Shown: positions 44,577 to 52,351 of the stretch, one piece after another
Layout: each line of letters starts with the position of its first letter
Numbering within the stretch: position 1 is the stretch's first letter
NCBI GenBank assembly: GCA_016794425.1
Contig: JAEUHR010000025.1
Location: 155,041 to 219,040, forward strand
Source: Planctomycetota bacterium
GTDB taxonomy: Bacteria > Planctomycetota > UBA1135 > UBA2386
Direction of reading: 5' to 3'
DNA length: 64,000 bases
Program-made: the position numbers and the translations under genes
The notes under the pieces: generated by a model
The model's database searches: none
What the model was told of the DNA's origin: nothing
The model's input: only the letters and a program-made list of their open reading frames with translations

Positions 44577-46234
44577 CCGACTGGGGCGATCGATGGGTCG
44601 ACGGCGCGCTGCAGGAGCTGCACGGCAGCCGGCCGCCGGATCTGTCGGCGCGCGTGCTGCTGGCGCTCGGCGAACCGGCGCGCGGCACGCTGCCGAAGCT
44701 CGAGCCGCCGCGCCGCACGGTCGGCCTGCGCTGGGCGCTGGCGTCGGCGGCACTGGTGCTGGTCTCGGTGCTGACCGGCGCGCTGCTGTCGCGCTCTGGC
44801 GCGCCGGTCGCAGAGCGCGTCGTGCAGGTCGATCTGACCGTGCACACGGGCTCGCTCGAGTGCGTCGAGGTCGAGCAAGGCGCTGTGCGCCGTTCGCAGA
44901 GCGCGGCCGGGTCGCGGGTGTCGTTCGCCGCCCGCGCCGGCAACCGGCTGCTCACGGCGGCGCCGTGTCGTTTCCAGGTCGGCCCGTACGGCGAACTCGC
45001 CACCGGTCCGGCCACCGAGTTGGAGGTGAGGCAGATGAGCGTCAGTTGGCAACAGGGAGTCGTGGCCGCGTCGTCGTTGACGATCGCGGTGGTCGCCGGG
45101 GTCGTCACCTGGCATTCGCTGCAGCAGTCCGGCACCGCACGCGCCGGCGAGACCGTGCAGCTCGACGCCGGGCCGCGCGGTGAGCAGGCGGTCGCCAGCG
45201 CGGCCGAGATCGAACGGCTGCGGCAACGCGTGCAGCAGCTCGAACAGCAGAACCAGGATCTGCAACTGCAGGCGACGCGCACCGCCGCCGAGGCGCCGCC
45301 GCTAGCCGCCGCCGCGGTGGAGCCCGAGCCCGCGCCCGCACCGGTGCAGACTGCCGCGGTGTTCGCCGACGAGCGCTACGCCGACCTGCTCGCGAAGCTC
45401 GACTGGCGCACGATGGGCGAGGTCACGCACGAGATGGGGCCGATGCTGGTCGACCTGGTCCAGCGCATGCAGGAGACCGGCGAGCTGCCGATGGACCTCG
45501 CGGCCAAGGTCGGCGCGCTGAACATGAAGCTCGTGCAGCAGGTGCCGGCGCTGATGGAGTCCGGCCTGCCCGGCAGCGGCCCGAACGGCGCCTACACGCA
45601 CCCGCTGGTGTCGGCGAACATCCTCGCGACGACACTCGACGCCGCCGGGCTGGCGATGGACCAGGGCCAGCGCGACCGCATCGCCGGGCTCGTGCGCCAG
45701 TTCTCGATCGAGACGCAAGCGGCGATGGACTCGGTGCAGGAGTTCGACCTGCAGAAGCTCGGGCTCGAGGCCGAGACCAAGGACCGCTTCTACCGCGAGG
45801 TCTCGTCGCTGCTGACGCCCGAGCAGCAGCGCGTCATGTTCCCGGACGGCGCCGATCGCTACGACGGCGCCAGCCTGTTCCACTCGAGCCTGTTCACGCG
45901 GCAGTTCGTCGACGGCGTGTCGGCCGCCAACCCGGCCGAGTTCGCGCGGTCGGTGGCCGGCGACGTCGGTGAGCACCTCGGCCTCGACGACCAGGCCAGC
46001 AGCCAGGTGCGCGCGATCGTCGAGCGGCTCGGTGCCGCGCCGGAGCTGTGGCAGGACCGCGCCGACGAGATCGAGCGCGGCCAGCTGCACATGCTGAAGC
46101 GCGGCCGCGTCGACGTGGCGCTGCGGCACCAGGTCGCGATCCTGCAGGAGATCGTGCGCACGGTGCCGATGAGCGCGGCGCAGAAGAAGAAGCTGCTGTC
46201 GATGAAGCGCATCTTCGTGCCGCTGCCGAAGTGA
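44573..46234 (+). CDS. Putative anti-sigma factor / membrane protein with a large periplasmic domain
   Basis: The ATG at 44573 overlaps the sigma-factor stop (ATGA). It has a short cytoplasmic N-terminus, one TM span (LRWALASAALVLVSVLTGALL), a coiled coil (EIERLRQRVQQLEQQNQDLQLQ) and a helical C-terminal domain. The function is inferred from position only. Confidence 0.6.
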   Translation: MTDWGDRWVDGALQELHGSRPPDLSARVLLALGEPARGTLPKLEPPRRTVGLRWALASAALVLVSVLTGALLSRSGAPVAERVVQVDLTVHTGSLECVEVEQGAVRRSQSAAGSRVSFAARAGNRLLTAAPCRFQVGPYGELATGPATELEVRQMSVSWQQGVVAASSLTIAVVAGVVTWHSLQQSGTARAGETVQLDAGPRGEQAVASAAEIERLRQRVQQLEQQNQDLQLQATRTAAEAPPLAAAAVEPEPAPAPVQTAAVFADERYADLLAKLDWRTMGEVTHEMGPMLVDLVQRMQETGELPMDLAAKVGALNMKLVQQVPALMESGLPGSGPNGAYTHPLVSANILATTLDAAGLAMDQGQRDRIAGLVRQFSIETQAAMDSVQEFDLQKLGLEAETKDRFYREVSSLLTPEQQRVMFPDGADRYDGASLFHSSLFTRQFVDGVSAANPAEFARSVAGDVGEHLGLDDQASSQVRAIVERLGAAPELWQDRADEIERGQLHMLKRGRVDVALRHQVAILQEIVRTVPMSAAQKKKLLSMKRIFVPLPK

Positions 46235-46244
46235 CCACGTGCGC

Positions 46245-47201
46245 TCAGTGCCGCGGCCCCAGCGCGGCGAGCGCAGCCAGGAATTCAGCCGGTGGTGTGG
46301 CCTCGAGCACGAGCGCCGCACCCGAGCGCGGGTGGCGCAGCGCCAGCTGCTGTGCGTGCAGCAGCTGGCGGCCGGCCTTTCTCCCCGCCGGCCAGCGTGG
46401 GTCGCCGCCCTGCTTCAGGTGTGCTGTGAACGCGAGGTAGCACGCCTCGTCCTCGCCGTAGAGCACGTCGCCTTCGATCGCATGGCCCAGGTGCGCCAGG
46501 TGCACGCGCAGCTGGTGCGTGCGGCCGGTGCGCGGCGTCAGCGCGACCAGCGTGTGCTCGGCGAAGCGTTCGACGACCCGCAGCTCGGTGCGCGCCGACC
46601 GCGCGCCGCGTGTGCCGGCCGCCAGCACCGCCTGCCGGTGCCGGATCGCGCTGCCGGCGCTGCCGATCGGCGCGTCGATCACGACTGCGTCGTCGGCGAC
46701 GACGCCGCGCACCAGCGCCAGGTAGCGCTTCTCGACCTGGCCGGCCGTGAACTGCGCCTGCACGGCCGTCACGGTCGCCGGCTCGCGCGCCAGCAGCAGC
46801 ACGCCGCTGGTCTCGCGGTCGAGCCGGTGCACCAGATGCAGCGGTGACGCCGCGCCGAGCTGCCGTTCGAGGTCGTGCAGGAACGTGTGCTGCACGAACG
46901 CGCCGTCGCGGTGCGCCACCGCGTGCGCCGGCTTGTCGACCGCGACCAGCCAGGCATCCTCGAACAGCACCGCCGGTGCCGGCCGACCGGACGGCGCCGC
47001 CGCGGCCGGCGTGAACACGACCTCGGCACCGGCGCCAAGCCGTTCGTCGCCGGCGGCGACCCTGCCGTCGAGCTGCACGCGGCCCGCGGCCAGCTGCGCG
47101 CGCCAGCCGGCCGCGTCGAAGTAGGTGAAGCGCCGCGCGAGCCAGTCGCACAACGGCGCGCCGGCGGCGTCGGCGGGGGCGCGGCTCCGCAGTTCGGTCA
47201 C
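46245..47201 (-). CDS. RluA-family pseudouridine synthase
   Basis: GTG start at 47201. S4-like N-terminus. Catalytic motif HLVHRLDRETSGVLLLAR, and later GRTHQLRVHLAHLGHAIEGDVLYG. Confidence 0.9.
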   Translation of the reverse strand: MTELRSRAPADAAGAPLCDWLARRFTYFDAAGWRAQLAAGRVQLDGRVAAGDERLGAGAEVVFTPAAAAPSGRPAPAVLFEDAWLVAVDKPAHAVAHRDGAFVQHTFLHDLERQLGAASPLHLVHRLDRETSGVLLLAREPATVTAVQAQFTAGQVEKRYLALVRGVVADDAVVIDAPIGSAGSAIRHRQAVLAAGTRGARSARTELRVVERFAEHTLVALTPRTGRTHQLRVHLAHLGHAIEGDVLYGEDEACYLAFTAHLKQGGDPRWPAGRKAGRQLLHAQQLALRHPRSGAALVLEATPPAEFLAALAALGPRH

Positions 47202-47229
47202 GCGCGGCAGCGTAGCGCCGCGCCGCGCT

Positions 47230-47418
47230 TCAACGCACCCAGATGCCGAGGCCGGCCAGCGCGCGGCGCAGCACCGTGACCTCGCGCTCGACGAGCTGCA
47301 GGTGCACGAGTTCGTCCGTGGTCTGCACGTTGCTGCCTTCGAGGAACCCCTGCTTCAGGCAGCCGAAGCCGGGCTGCCCCGGCTTCGACAGGGTGCCGTC
47401 CCGGACTGGAGCCGGCGG
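47230..47418 (-). pseudogene. Remnant of the C-terminal domain of a flagellar rod/hook-family protein (FlgC/F/G-like)
   Basis: My codon-by-codon translation of the minus strand gives PPAPVRDGTLSKPGQPGFGCLKQGFLEGSNVQTTDELVHLQLVEREVTVLRRALAGLGIWVR-stop. LKQGFLEGSNV....E.V.L....R matches the conserved Flg_bbr_C signature (for example QGFLE-SNV-----EMV-MI--QR). There is no start codon, and the frame begins directly after, and in frame with, the TAG stop at 47419-21. Confidence 0.45.
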
Positions 47419-49830
47419 CTAGCGGTAGACGCGGATCACGAACGTGCCGCCGTCTTCGCCGACATCGATCTCGGTCGGCTCACACAGCATTTTGCCGAGC
47501 GACAGGTCGGGGGCGAGCAACCCGCAGTCGAGCGTGTATCTGCCCGCGGCCGGCAGGTAGACGGTCGTCAGGTCGGAGCGCAGCGTGACCGAGCCCACCG
47601 CGTCGGCGCCTGCGAGGTACAGCACGACCTGGCCCGCGTGCGCACGGTCGAACGTGGTCCGCAGCGCGACCGCGATCGCCGGTTCCAGTGCCACCGTCGT
47701 GTCCACCCGCACGCCGCGCAGCACGCGGTTGCGGTAGCCCGGGACCTGCACGTGCAGGTCGACCGGTGGTTCGGCCAGGACGAGGAACGTGCAGGCGTCG
47801 ACCGCCGGGATGCTGCGTTCCGTCGCGTCGCCATCGAGCAGCGTGAGCTGCGTCGACATCGAATCCAGGCCCCGCGCCGGCACAGCAGTGGGCACCGTGA
47901 TCCGCACTGGGCGCAGCACCGGCAGCCGGACGTCGACGAGCCGCGGATCGGGCCCGGCGGCGGCTGCGAACCACACGGCGGGGATCGTGTGCAGCGGCGC
48001 GCCGCGATGGTCGAGCACGAGGATGTCGTAGCGCCCTTCGAACGGCTGGCGCCAGCGACAGTGAAGCCGCTGCCCGTCCCAGTGCCGTGAATCGGGCTCG
48101 AAGTCGTACGGGTCGTCGTCGGATTCGTCCGACGGAATGCGCACGACCGCGCGCACGGCCACTGCCAGCTCGCGCGACGGCAGCAGGAACGTCGCCGTGC
48201 GTTCGAGTTCGGCGCGCAACGTGACCACGAGGTCGCGCTGGCCCGGTCGGAACGGGACCGGATCGATCCCGAGGTGTGCCGGCGATCCCACAAGGAGGTG
48301 CAGGTCGGTGGCGTCGGTTGCACCGCGGACTTCGAACGCGCCGTCGGCATGGACCATCGTGTGCGCAGTCGATTCGAGCTCGACGAAGCGGTCGTTCGAA
48401 ACCTGCCCGACTGCGACCGTGGTGCCGTCGAGTGGGCCCGGTGCGACGATTCGGCCGGCGACCAGGACCGGCAGCGCATCCCGCCGCAGCGACAGCGTGC
48501 CGAGGTCGAGAGTGCCCTGGTCGGCCGACCGGCCGCGCCAGGGCGCGGCCAGATCGGTGGGGCGACCGACGCGGTCGCAGGTGCGTACGAACAGGGCCGG
48601 TTCCGGTTCGTCGCCGAACGGTCCCTGACCGGCGGGCAGATGGAAGCGGAAGCGGCCGTCTGCGTCGGTTTCGGTGACGTCCAGCAGGCCGCTGGCGCCG
48701 TCGTGGAACAAAGCCACGAGTCGCTGCGCGAACGGAGCTGCGTCGTGCAGCAGGCGGCCGCTCACCGTCAAGAACGGCCCGGCTCGCAGCGTCACCCGCA
48801 CGACGTCGCCAGCGCGCGCCGGCCCGTCGACCTCGACTGTCGAAGAGAACAGCAGCGTGACACGGTAGCGCTGGCCGACCGGTGCGACCGGGCACCGCAG
48901 CACGGTGCCGTTGGTCATCGCCACCCAGACCTGGTTCCCACTGCCGACCGCGACGTGCTCGTTCACCAGCAGCGAACCATCGGCGGCGAGTGGTTCGATC
49001 TCGATGGCGCCGAACTCCTCGAAGCGCAGCACGACCGGTGCGTCGGGCAGCGCGTTCGCGTCGAGGTCGATCGGCGTCGCGCGTCCGAGCTGGCCCGCGG
49101 CGACGCGCAGTGGTCGCGTGCCGTCGTGGGGGCATATGAGGTCGCGCCAACGTTGTGCGTGCGTGAACACGGCGGTGCCGGTTGCATCCGTATGTTCTGC
49201 GGCCAGCGTGGTCTGGCTGTCGTCGTCCAAGTCGATCGTCGTCGCGAGCAGTTCGACGGCGGCACCGGCAACCGGGGTCCCGTCGCGGTCGACCGCGCGC
49301 ACGACCAGCGCCTGGTCGGCGGACAGATGCAGCAGGTGCTCGGCGCCCAGCGGCGCCGACGACGACAGTTGCAGCGAACCCCACTGGGTGCCGTGCCGCG
49401 CCGTGATCCTGACCTGGCCGAGCTCGCGCCGCGGCCAGGGCAGCTGCGCCACCGCCTCGCTGTCGGTGCCGAACGACTGCCAGTCCGCTTCGCCGTCGAA
49501 CGGCCGGCGGGTCGCAACCGGCTCGGGCGGGCTCATGCGCACGAGGGCGCCGACCGCCGGCGTGCCGTCGCGGAGCAGCACGCGCACTGCGATCGTGCCC
49601 GGTCGCGCCGCCGCCGCGGTCGTCGGCGCGCCGGCTTCGACCAGCTGCCGTTCCGTGTCGAACGCCGACACCTGCGCGCCGTCGGCCGCGGCGTGCGGCG
49701 TCGCGCCGGGGCCGGCCTCGGGCAGCGGCGTGCCGGTGCGGCCGAACCACGCGGCGATCGCGATGGCGGCCGCCGCTGCGAGGACGATCGTCAGGATCCC
49801 GGTGCGGGTCGACACGGCGCGCGTGGTCAT
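47419..49830 (-). CDS. Large membrane-anchored protein (803 aa) built from carboxypeptidase-regulatory-like / Ig-like repeats; paralog 1
   Basis: The ATG at 49830 overlaps the upstream paralog's stop (ATGA). N-terminal anchor TGILTIVLAAAAAIAIAAWF. Recurrent beta-sandwich-like signatures (VRVLLRDGTPAVGALVRM, VRAVDRDGTPVAGAAVELL, TETDADGRFRFHL, VHADGAFEVRG). The end is ...GEDGGTFVIRVYR. Confidence 0.7.
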   Translation of the reverse strand: MTTRAVSTRTGILTIVLAAAAAIAIAAWFGRTGTPLPEAGPGATPHAAADGAQVSAFDTERQLVEAGAPTTAAAARPGTIAVRVLLRDGTPAVGALVRMSPPEPVATRRPFDGEADWQSFGTDSEAVAQLPWPRRELGQVRITARHGTQWGSLQLSSSAPLGAEHLLHLSADQALVVRAVDRDGTPVAGAAVELLATTIDLDDDSQTTLAAEHTDATGTAVFTHAQRWRDLICPHDGTRPLRVAAGQLGRATPIDLDANALPDAPVVLRFEEFGAIEIEPLAADGSLLVNEHVAVGSGNQVWVAMTNGTVLRCPVAPVGQRYRVTLLFSSTVEVDGPARAGDVVRVTLRAGPFLTVSGRLLHDAAPFAQRLVALFHDGASGLLDVTETDADGRFRFHLPAGQGPFGDEPEPALFVRTCDRVGRPTDLAAPWRGRSADQGTLDLGTLSLRRDALPVLVAGRIVAPGPLDGTTVAVGQVSNDRFVELESTAHTMVHADGAFEVRGATDATDLHLLVGSPAHLGIDPVPFRPGQRDLVVTLRAELERTATFLLPSRELAVAVRAVVRIPSDESDDDPYDFEPDSRHWDGQRLHCRWRQPFEGRYDILVLDHRGAPLHTIPAVWFAAAAGPDPRLVDVRLPVLRPVRITVPTAVPARGLDSMSTQLTLLDGDATERSIPAVDACTFLVLAEPPVDLHVQVPGYRNRVLRGVRVDTTVALEPAIAVALRTTFDRAHAGQVVLYLAGADAVGSVTLRSDLTTVYLPAAGRYTLDCGLLAPDLSLGKMLCEPTEIDVGEDGGTFVIRVYR

Positions 49831-52289
49831 CCGTCGTACTCGATCGTGGCTTCGACGACGAAGGTGCCGCCGCCGTTCGGCACGCGGAGCCAGTTCGGGT
49901 CGGGGAAGAGTGTGAAGATCCGCCCTGCCGCGTCCCCGCCATGGCCGTGCAGCATGTAGCTGCCCGGTTCCGGCACGTAGAAGACGCGGGTCGCGCCGTC
50001 CCCCATGCCGCTGTGGGAATCGCTGCCCATGAGGCCCGTGACCAGGCAGTCCCCGACGAGGTCCAACGACCAATCGGCCCCTTCGGGCAGGTTCGCGATG
50101 CGGCAGTGCACCGTCACGCCGATGCCCGGTTCGAAGTCGACCTCGCGATCCTCGAACACGCCTTGCAGCCGGCGGTCGCGGCAGCGCCGCGCGCGCAGTA
50201 GCACGTCGAAGGGCGCGGCCGCCGCGATGCGGAACGACCCGTCCAGCTCCTGCTGGCACTGGCGAGTCTTGCCGTCGGCGAACGCGACCACGGCATATGC
50301 GTCGCGCGGCGACGCGAGCCGTGGGCGCAGGCGGACCACGGTCAGCGTGGGCACCTCGATCGTCGGTTGGATGTCGATTTCCCGTGCGCCAGCCGGGACC
50401 ACCAGATCGCGCGACGCGATCGGCTGCGGTTGGCCGGCGACCTCGAGGTGCAGGCGGTACGGTCCTGGCGCCTGACGGTGCCAGCTGACCACGAGGTCTC
50501 GGCCGGTGCTGCGCAACTCCGATGGGTGGCCGCCGGACCGATCGTCGCGATGGCGCTGCGCATCCAGGGGCTTGAGCTGCGGCAGCAGGCACTGCAGCGT
50601 CGCAGCCTGCCCCGTCAGCGTCGCCCGCACCGTGCACCCGCGGTCGAGCTCGATGCGGACGTCGGTCTGTCCGGCCGTGACCGGCACGAGCGGCACGGGC
50701 AGGTGGCGCTGACTGTCCACGCGGATCGCCAGGGCCGCTGACGGTGCTGCCCCGCGGAACACGAACGAGCCGTCGGCGTGGTTCCGCTCCAATACGGGTT
50801 CGGCGGGCGACCCCACGATCGGACTGCCGTCGTGCCCACAGAGTTCGAGTCGGACCTCGCTGAGGTCGCGGTCACCGGGAGCTGCGACGAGCCGGCCGGC
50901 GACGAGGCGCGGTTGTGGTGCTGCCTTCGCCGGTGCATCGACCGCGAACTCGAGCGTGCCGAGGTCGTGGTCGCCGGCCGAAAGCGTGACCTGGCCGCGC
51001 CACGAGGCGCGCAGCCGCGGTGCGCCGGGCTCGTCGATCGTGAAGGGGGTTTCGCCGAGCACGGTGCCGAGCCGGCTCGGCGGCAGCAGCACCGTGAAGG
51101 AACCACTCGCGTCGGTGTGGACGGACTGCACTGCGTCCAGCCGACTGCGCAGCGTGCGCTGCGTGAGTGGTGTGCCGGCGAGGACGGCGCGGCCGGACAC
51201 GCGGACGACCGGATGGCAGCGCACGAGGACCGCCGTGGTCGTGCCTGCGACTGCGGGCCCGTCGAATGCGACCCAAGGCGACAGGGCCGCGAGCCGGAAT
51301 CGTCTGCCGACCGCGACGTGCTCGAACCGGGCGCGCCCCGGTGTCGTCACGGCGAGGTACGAGCGTCGGATCGCATCGGGCTCGAACAGGAACACCGGCG
51401 TGCCGCGCGGCATCGGGCGTCCCGCCGGATCCTGGAGCACCGCGTCGATCGACCCGACCGGCGGCAGGGTGAGGATCGGTGCCGTGCCCCCGTCCGGATC
51501 GAACACGCATTCGACCTCGGCGCCGGGGATCGTCGTCGCGGCGAGCAGTCGGGTGGACTCACCGTCCGGCATCACCCGCGGGAGCCACAGCTGCACGTGC
51601 TCGAAGTGCGCGACGCCATCGGCGCCCGTCGTCGCCGTGGCGACCGTGTCGAGGGTGTCGCGGAACCCGTTGCGTCGTGCCGCTGCGAGCGTCACCGCTT
51701 GCTGGCCCACCGGTCGGCCATCGGCATGGTGGACGCGGACCGACAGCGAGCGATCGGCCTGCAGCGTCAGCACGTGTACGTGGTCCGGCCCACGCAGCGC
51801 CGTCGCGGCGAGTCGGCAGAGGGCCCAGCGCGAACCGTGGCGCGCCTCGACGCGCACCTCGAGGCCGGTCTGGTCCTGGCTGGTCCACCACACGCGGCCA
51901 TCGGCTGCGGTGTGCAGCACGACGATCCCCGGCAGTGTGGCCACCGATGCGTCGGCCAGGCCGGGGTCGCCGCGAAGCGACTCCGGTGGCCCCACACCGA
52001 TGTGCAGCGAGGCGCCGCCAACCGGTGCGCCGCGCTCGTCGCGGACTTCGAAGCCGAACTGGTCGGCGAGCGGCACCAGGCTGGCGCCGACCGCGGCGAT
52101 GCGATCGACGAGGTCGACGTGTTCTGCGCCCGGATCGGCCGCCGCGGTTGCGGGCCGGTCGGCCGGGGCTCGCAGCGCGGGCGGCTCCGGTCCGTGCCGG
52201 GGCGGCCAGGCGACGGCGACGCCGATCGCGGCGGCGAGCAGCCCACATCCCCACAGCGCGGCGCGCGGCATGGCGGGCAGCGTAGCCAC
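49827..52289 (-). CDS. Large membrane-anchored repeat protein (about 820 aa); paralog 2
   Basis: The start is GTG 52289 or ATG 52271. Anchor AALWGCGLLAAAIGVAVAW. The repeat style matches paralog 1 (FEVRDERGAPVGGASLHI, VRVHHADGRPVGQQAVTL, TGADGVAHFEHV, HTDASGSFTVLL, NHADGSFVFRG). The end is ...NGGGTFVVEATIEYDG. Confidence 0.7.
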   Translation of the reverse strand: MATLPAMPRAALWGCGLLAAAIGVAVAWPPRHGPEPPALRAPADRPATAAADPGAEHVDLVDRIAAVGASLVPLADQFGFEVRDERGAPVGGASLHIGVGPPESLRGDPGLADASVATLPGIVVLHTAADGRVWWTSQDQTGLEVRVEARHGSRWALCRLAATALRGPDHVHVLTLQADRSLSVRVHHADGRPVGQQAVTLAAARRNGFRDTLDTVATATTGADGVAHFEHVQLWLPRVMPDGESTRLLAATTIPGAEVECVFDPDGGTAPILTLPPVGSIDAVLQDPAGRPMPRGTPVFLFEPDAIRRSYLAVTTPGRARFEHVAVGRRFRLAALSPWVAFDGPAVAGTTTAVLVRCHPVVRVSGRAVLAGTPLTQRTLRSRLDAVQSVHTDASGSFTVLLPPSRLGTVLGETPFTIDEPGAPRLRASWRGQVTLSAGDHDLGTLEFAVDAPAKAAPQPRLVAGRLVAAPGDRDLSEVRLELCGHDGSPIVGSPAEPVLERNHADGSFVFRGAAPSAALAIRVDSQRHLPVPLVPVTAGQTDVRIELDRGCTVRATLTGQAATLQCLLPQLKPLDAQRHRDDRSGGHPSELRSTGRDLVVSWHRQAPGPYRLHLEVAGQPQPIASRDLVVPAGAREIDIQPTIEVPTLTVVRLRPRLASPRDAYAVVAFADGKTRQCQQELDGSFRIAAAAPFDVLLRARRCRDRRLQGVFEDREVDFEPGIGVTVHCRIANLPEGADWSLDLVGDCLVTGLMGSDSHSGMGDGATRVFYVPEPGSYMLHGHGGDAAGRIFTLFPDPNWLRVPNGGGTFVVEATIEYDG

Positions 52290-52309
52290 CGCGGCGGTCG
52301 CCGACGAGC

Positions 52310-52333
52310 CGCCTCGCGCACCCGCGCGAGGCG
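52310..52333. promoter_or_regulatory. Perfect 10-bp inverted repeat (cgcctcgcgc-accc-gcgcgaggcg) in a divergent promoter region
   Basis: Read directly. It lies between the paralog-2 start (52289) and the M14 peptidase start (52352). It could be an operator or a 5'-UTR hairpin. Confidence 0.3.
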
Positions 52334-52351
52334 CCGTAGAGTCCGCCGGCC

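Noticed and set aside
47419-47421. Programmed read-through of the TAG stop of the 803-aa repeat protein into the in-frame flagellar-like 62 codons.
   Set aside because: No read-through context or precedent is visible. A fusion of an extracellular repeat protein to an axial-protein C-terminal helix makes no structural sense. A gene remnant is the simpler explanation (reported as a finding).
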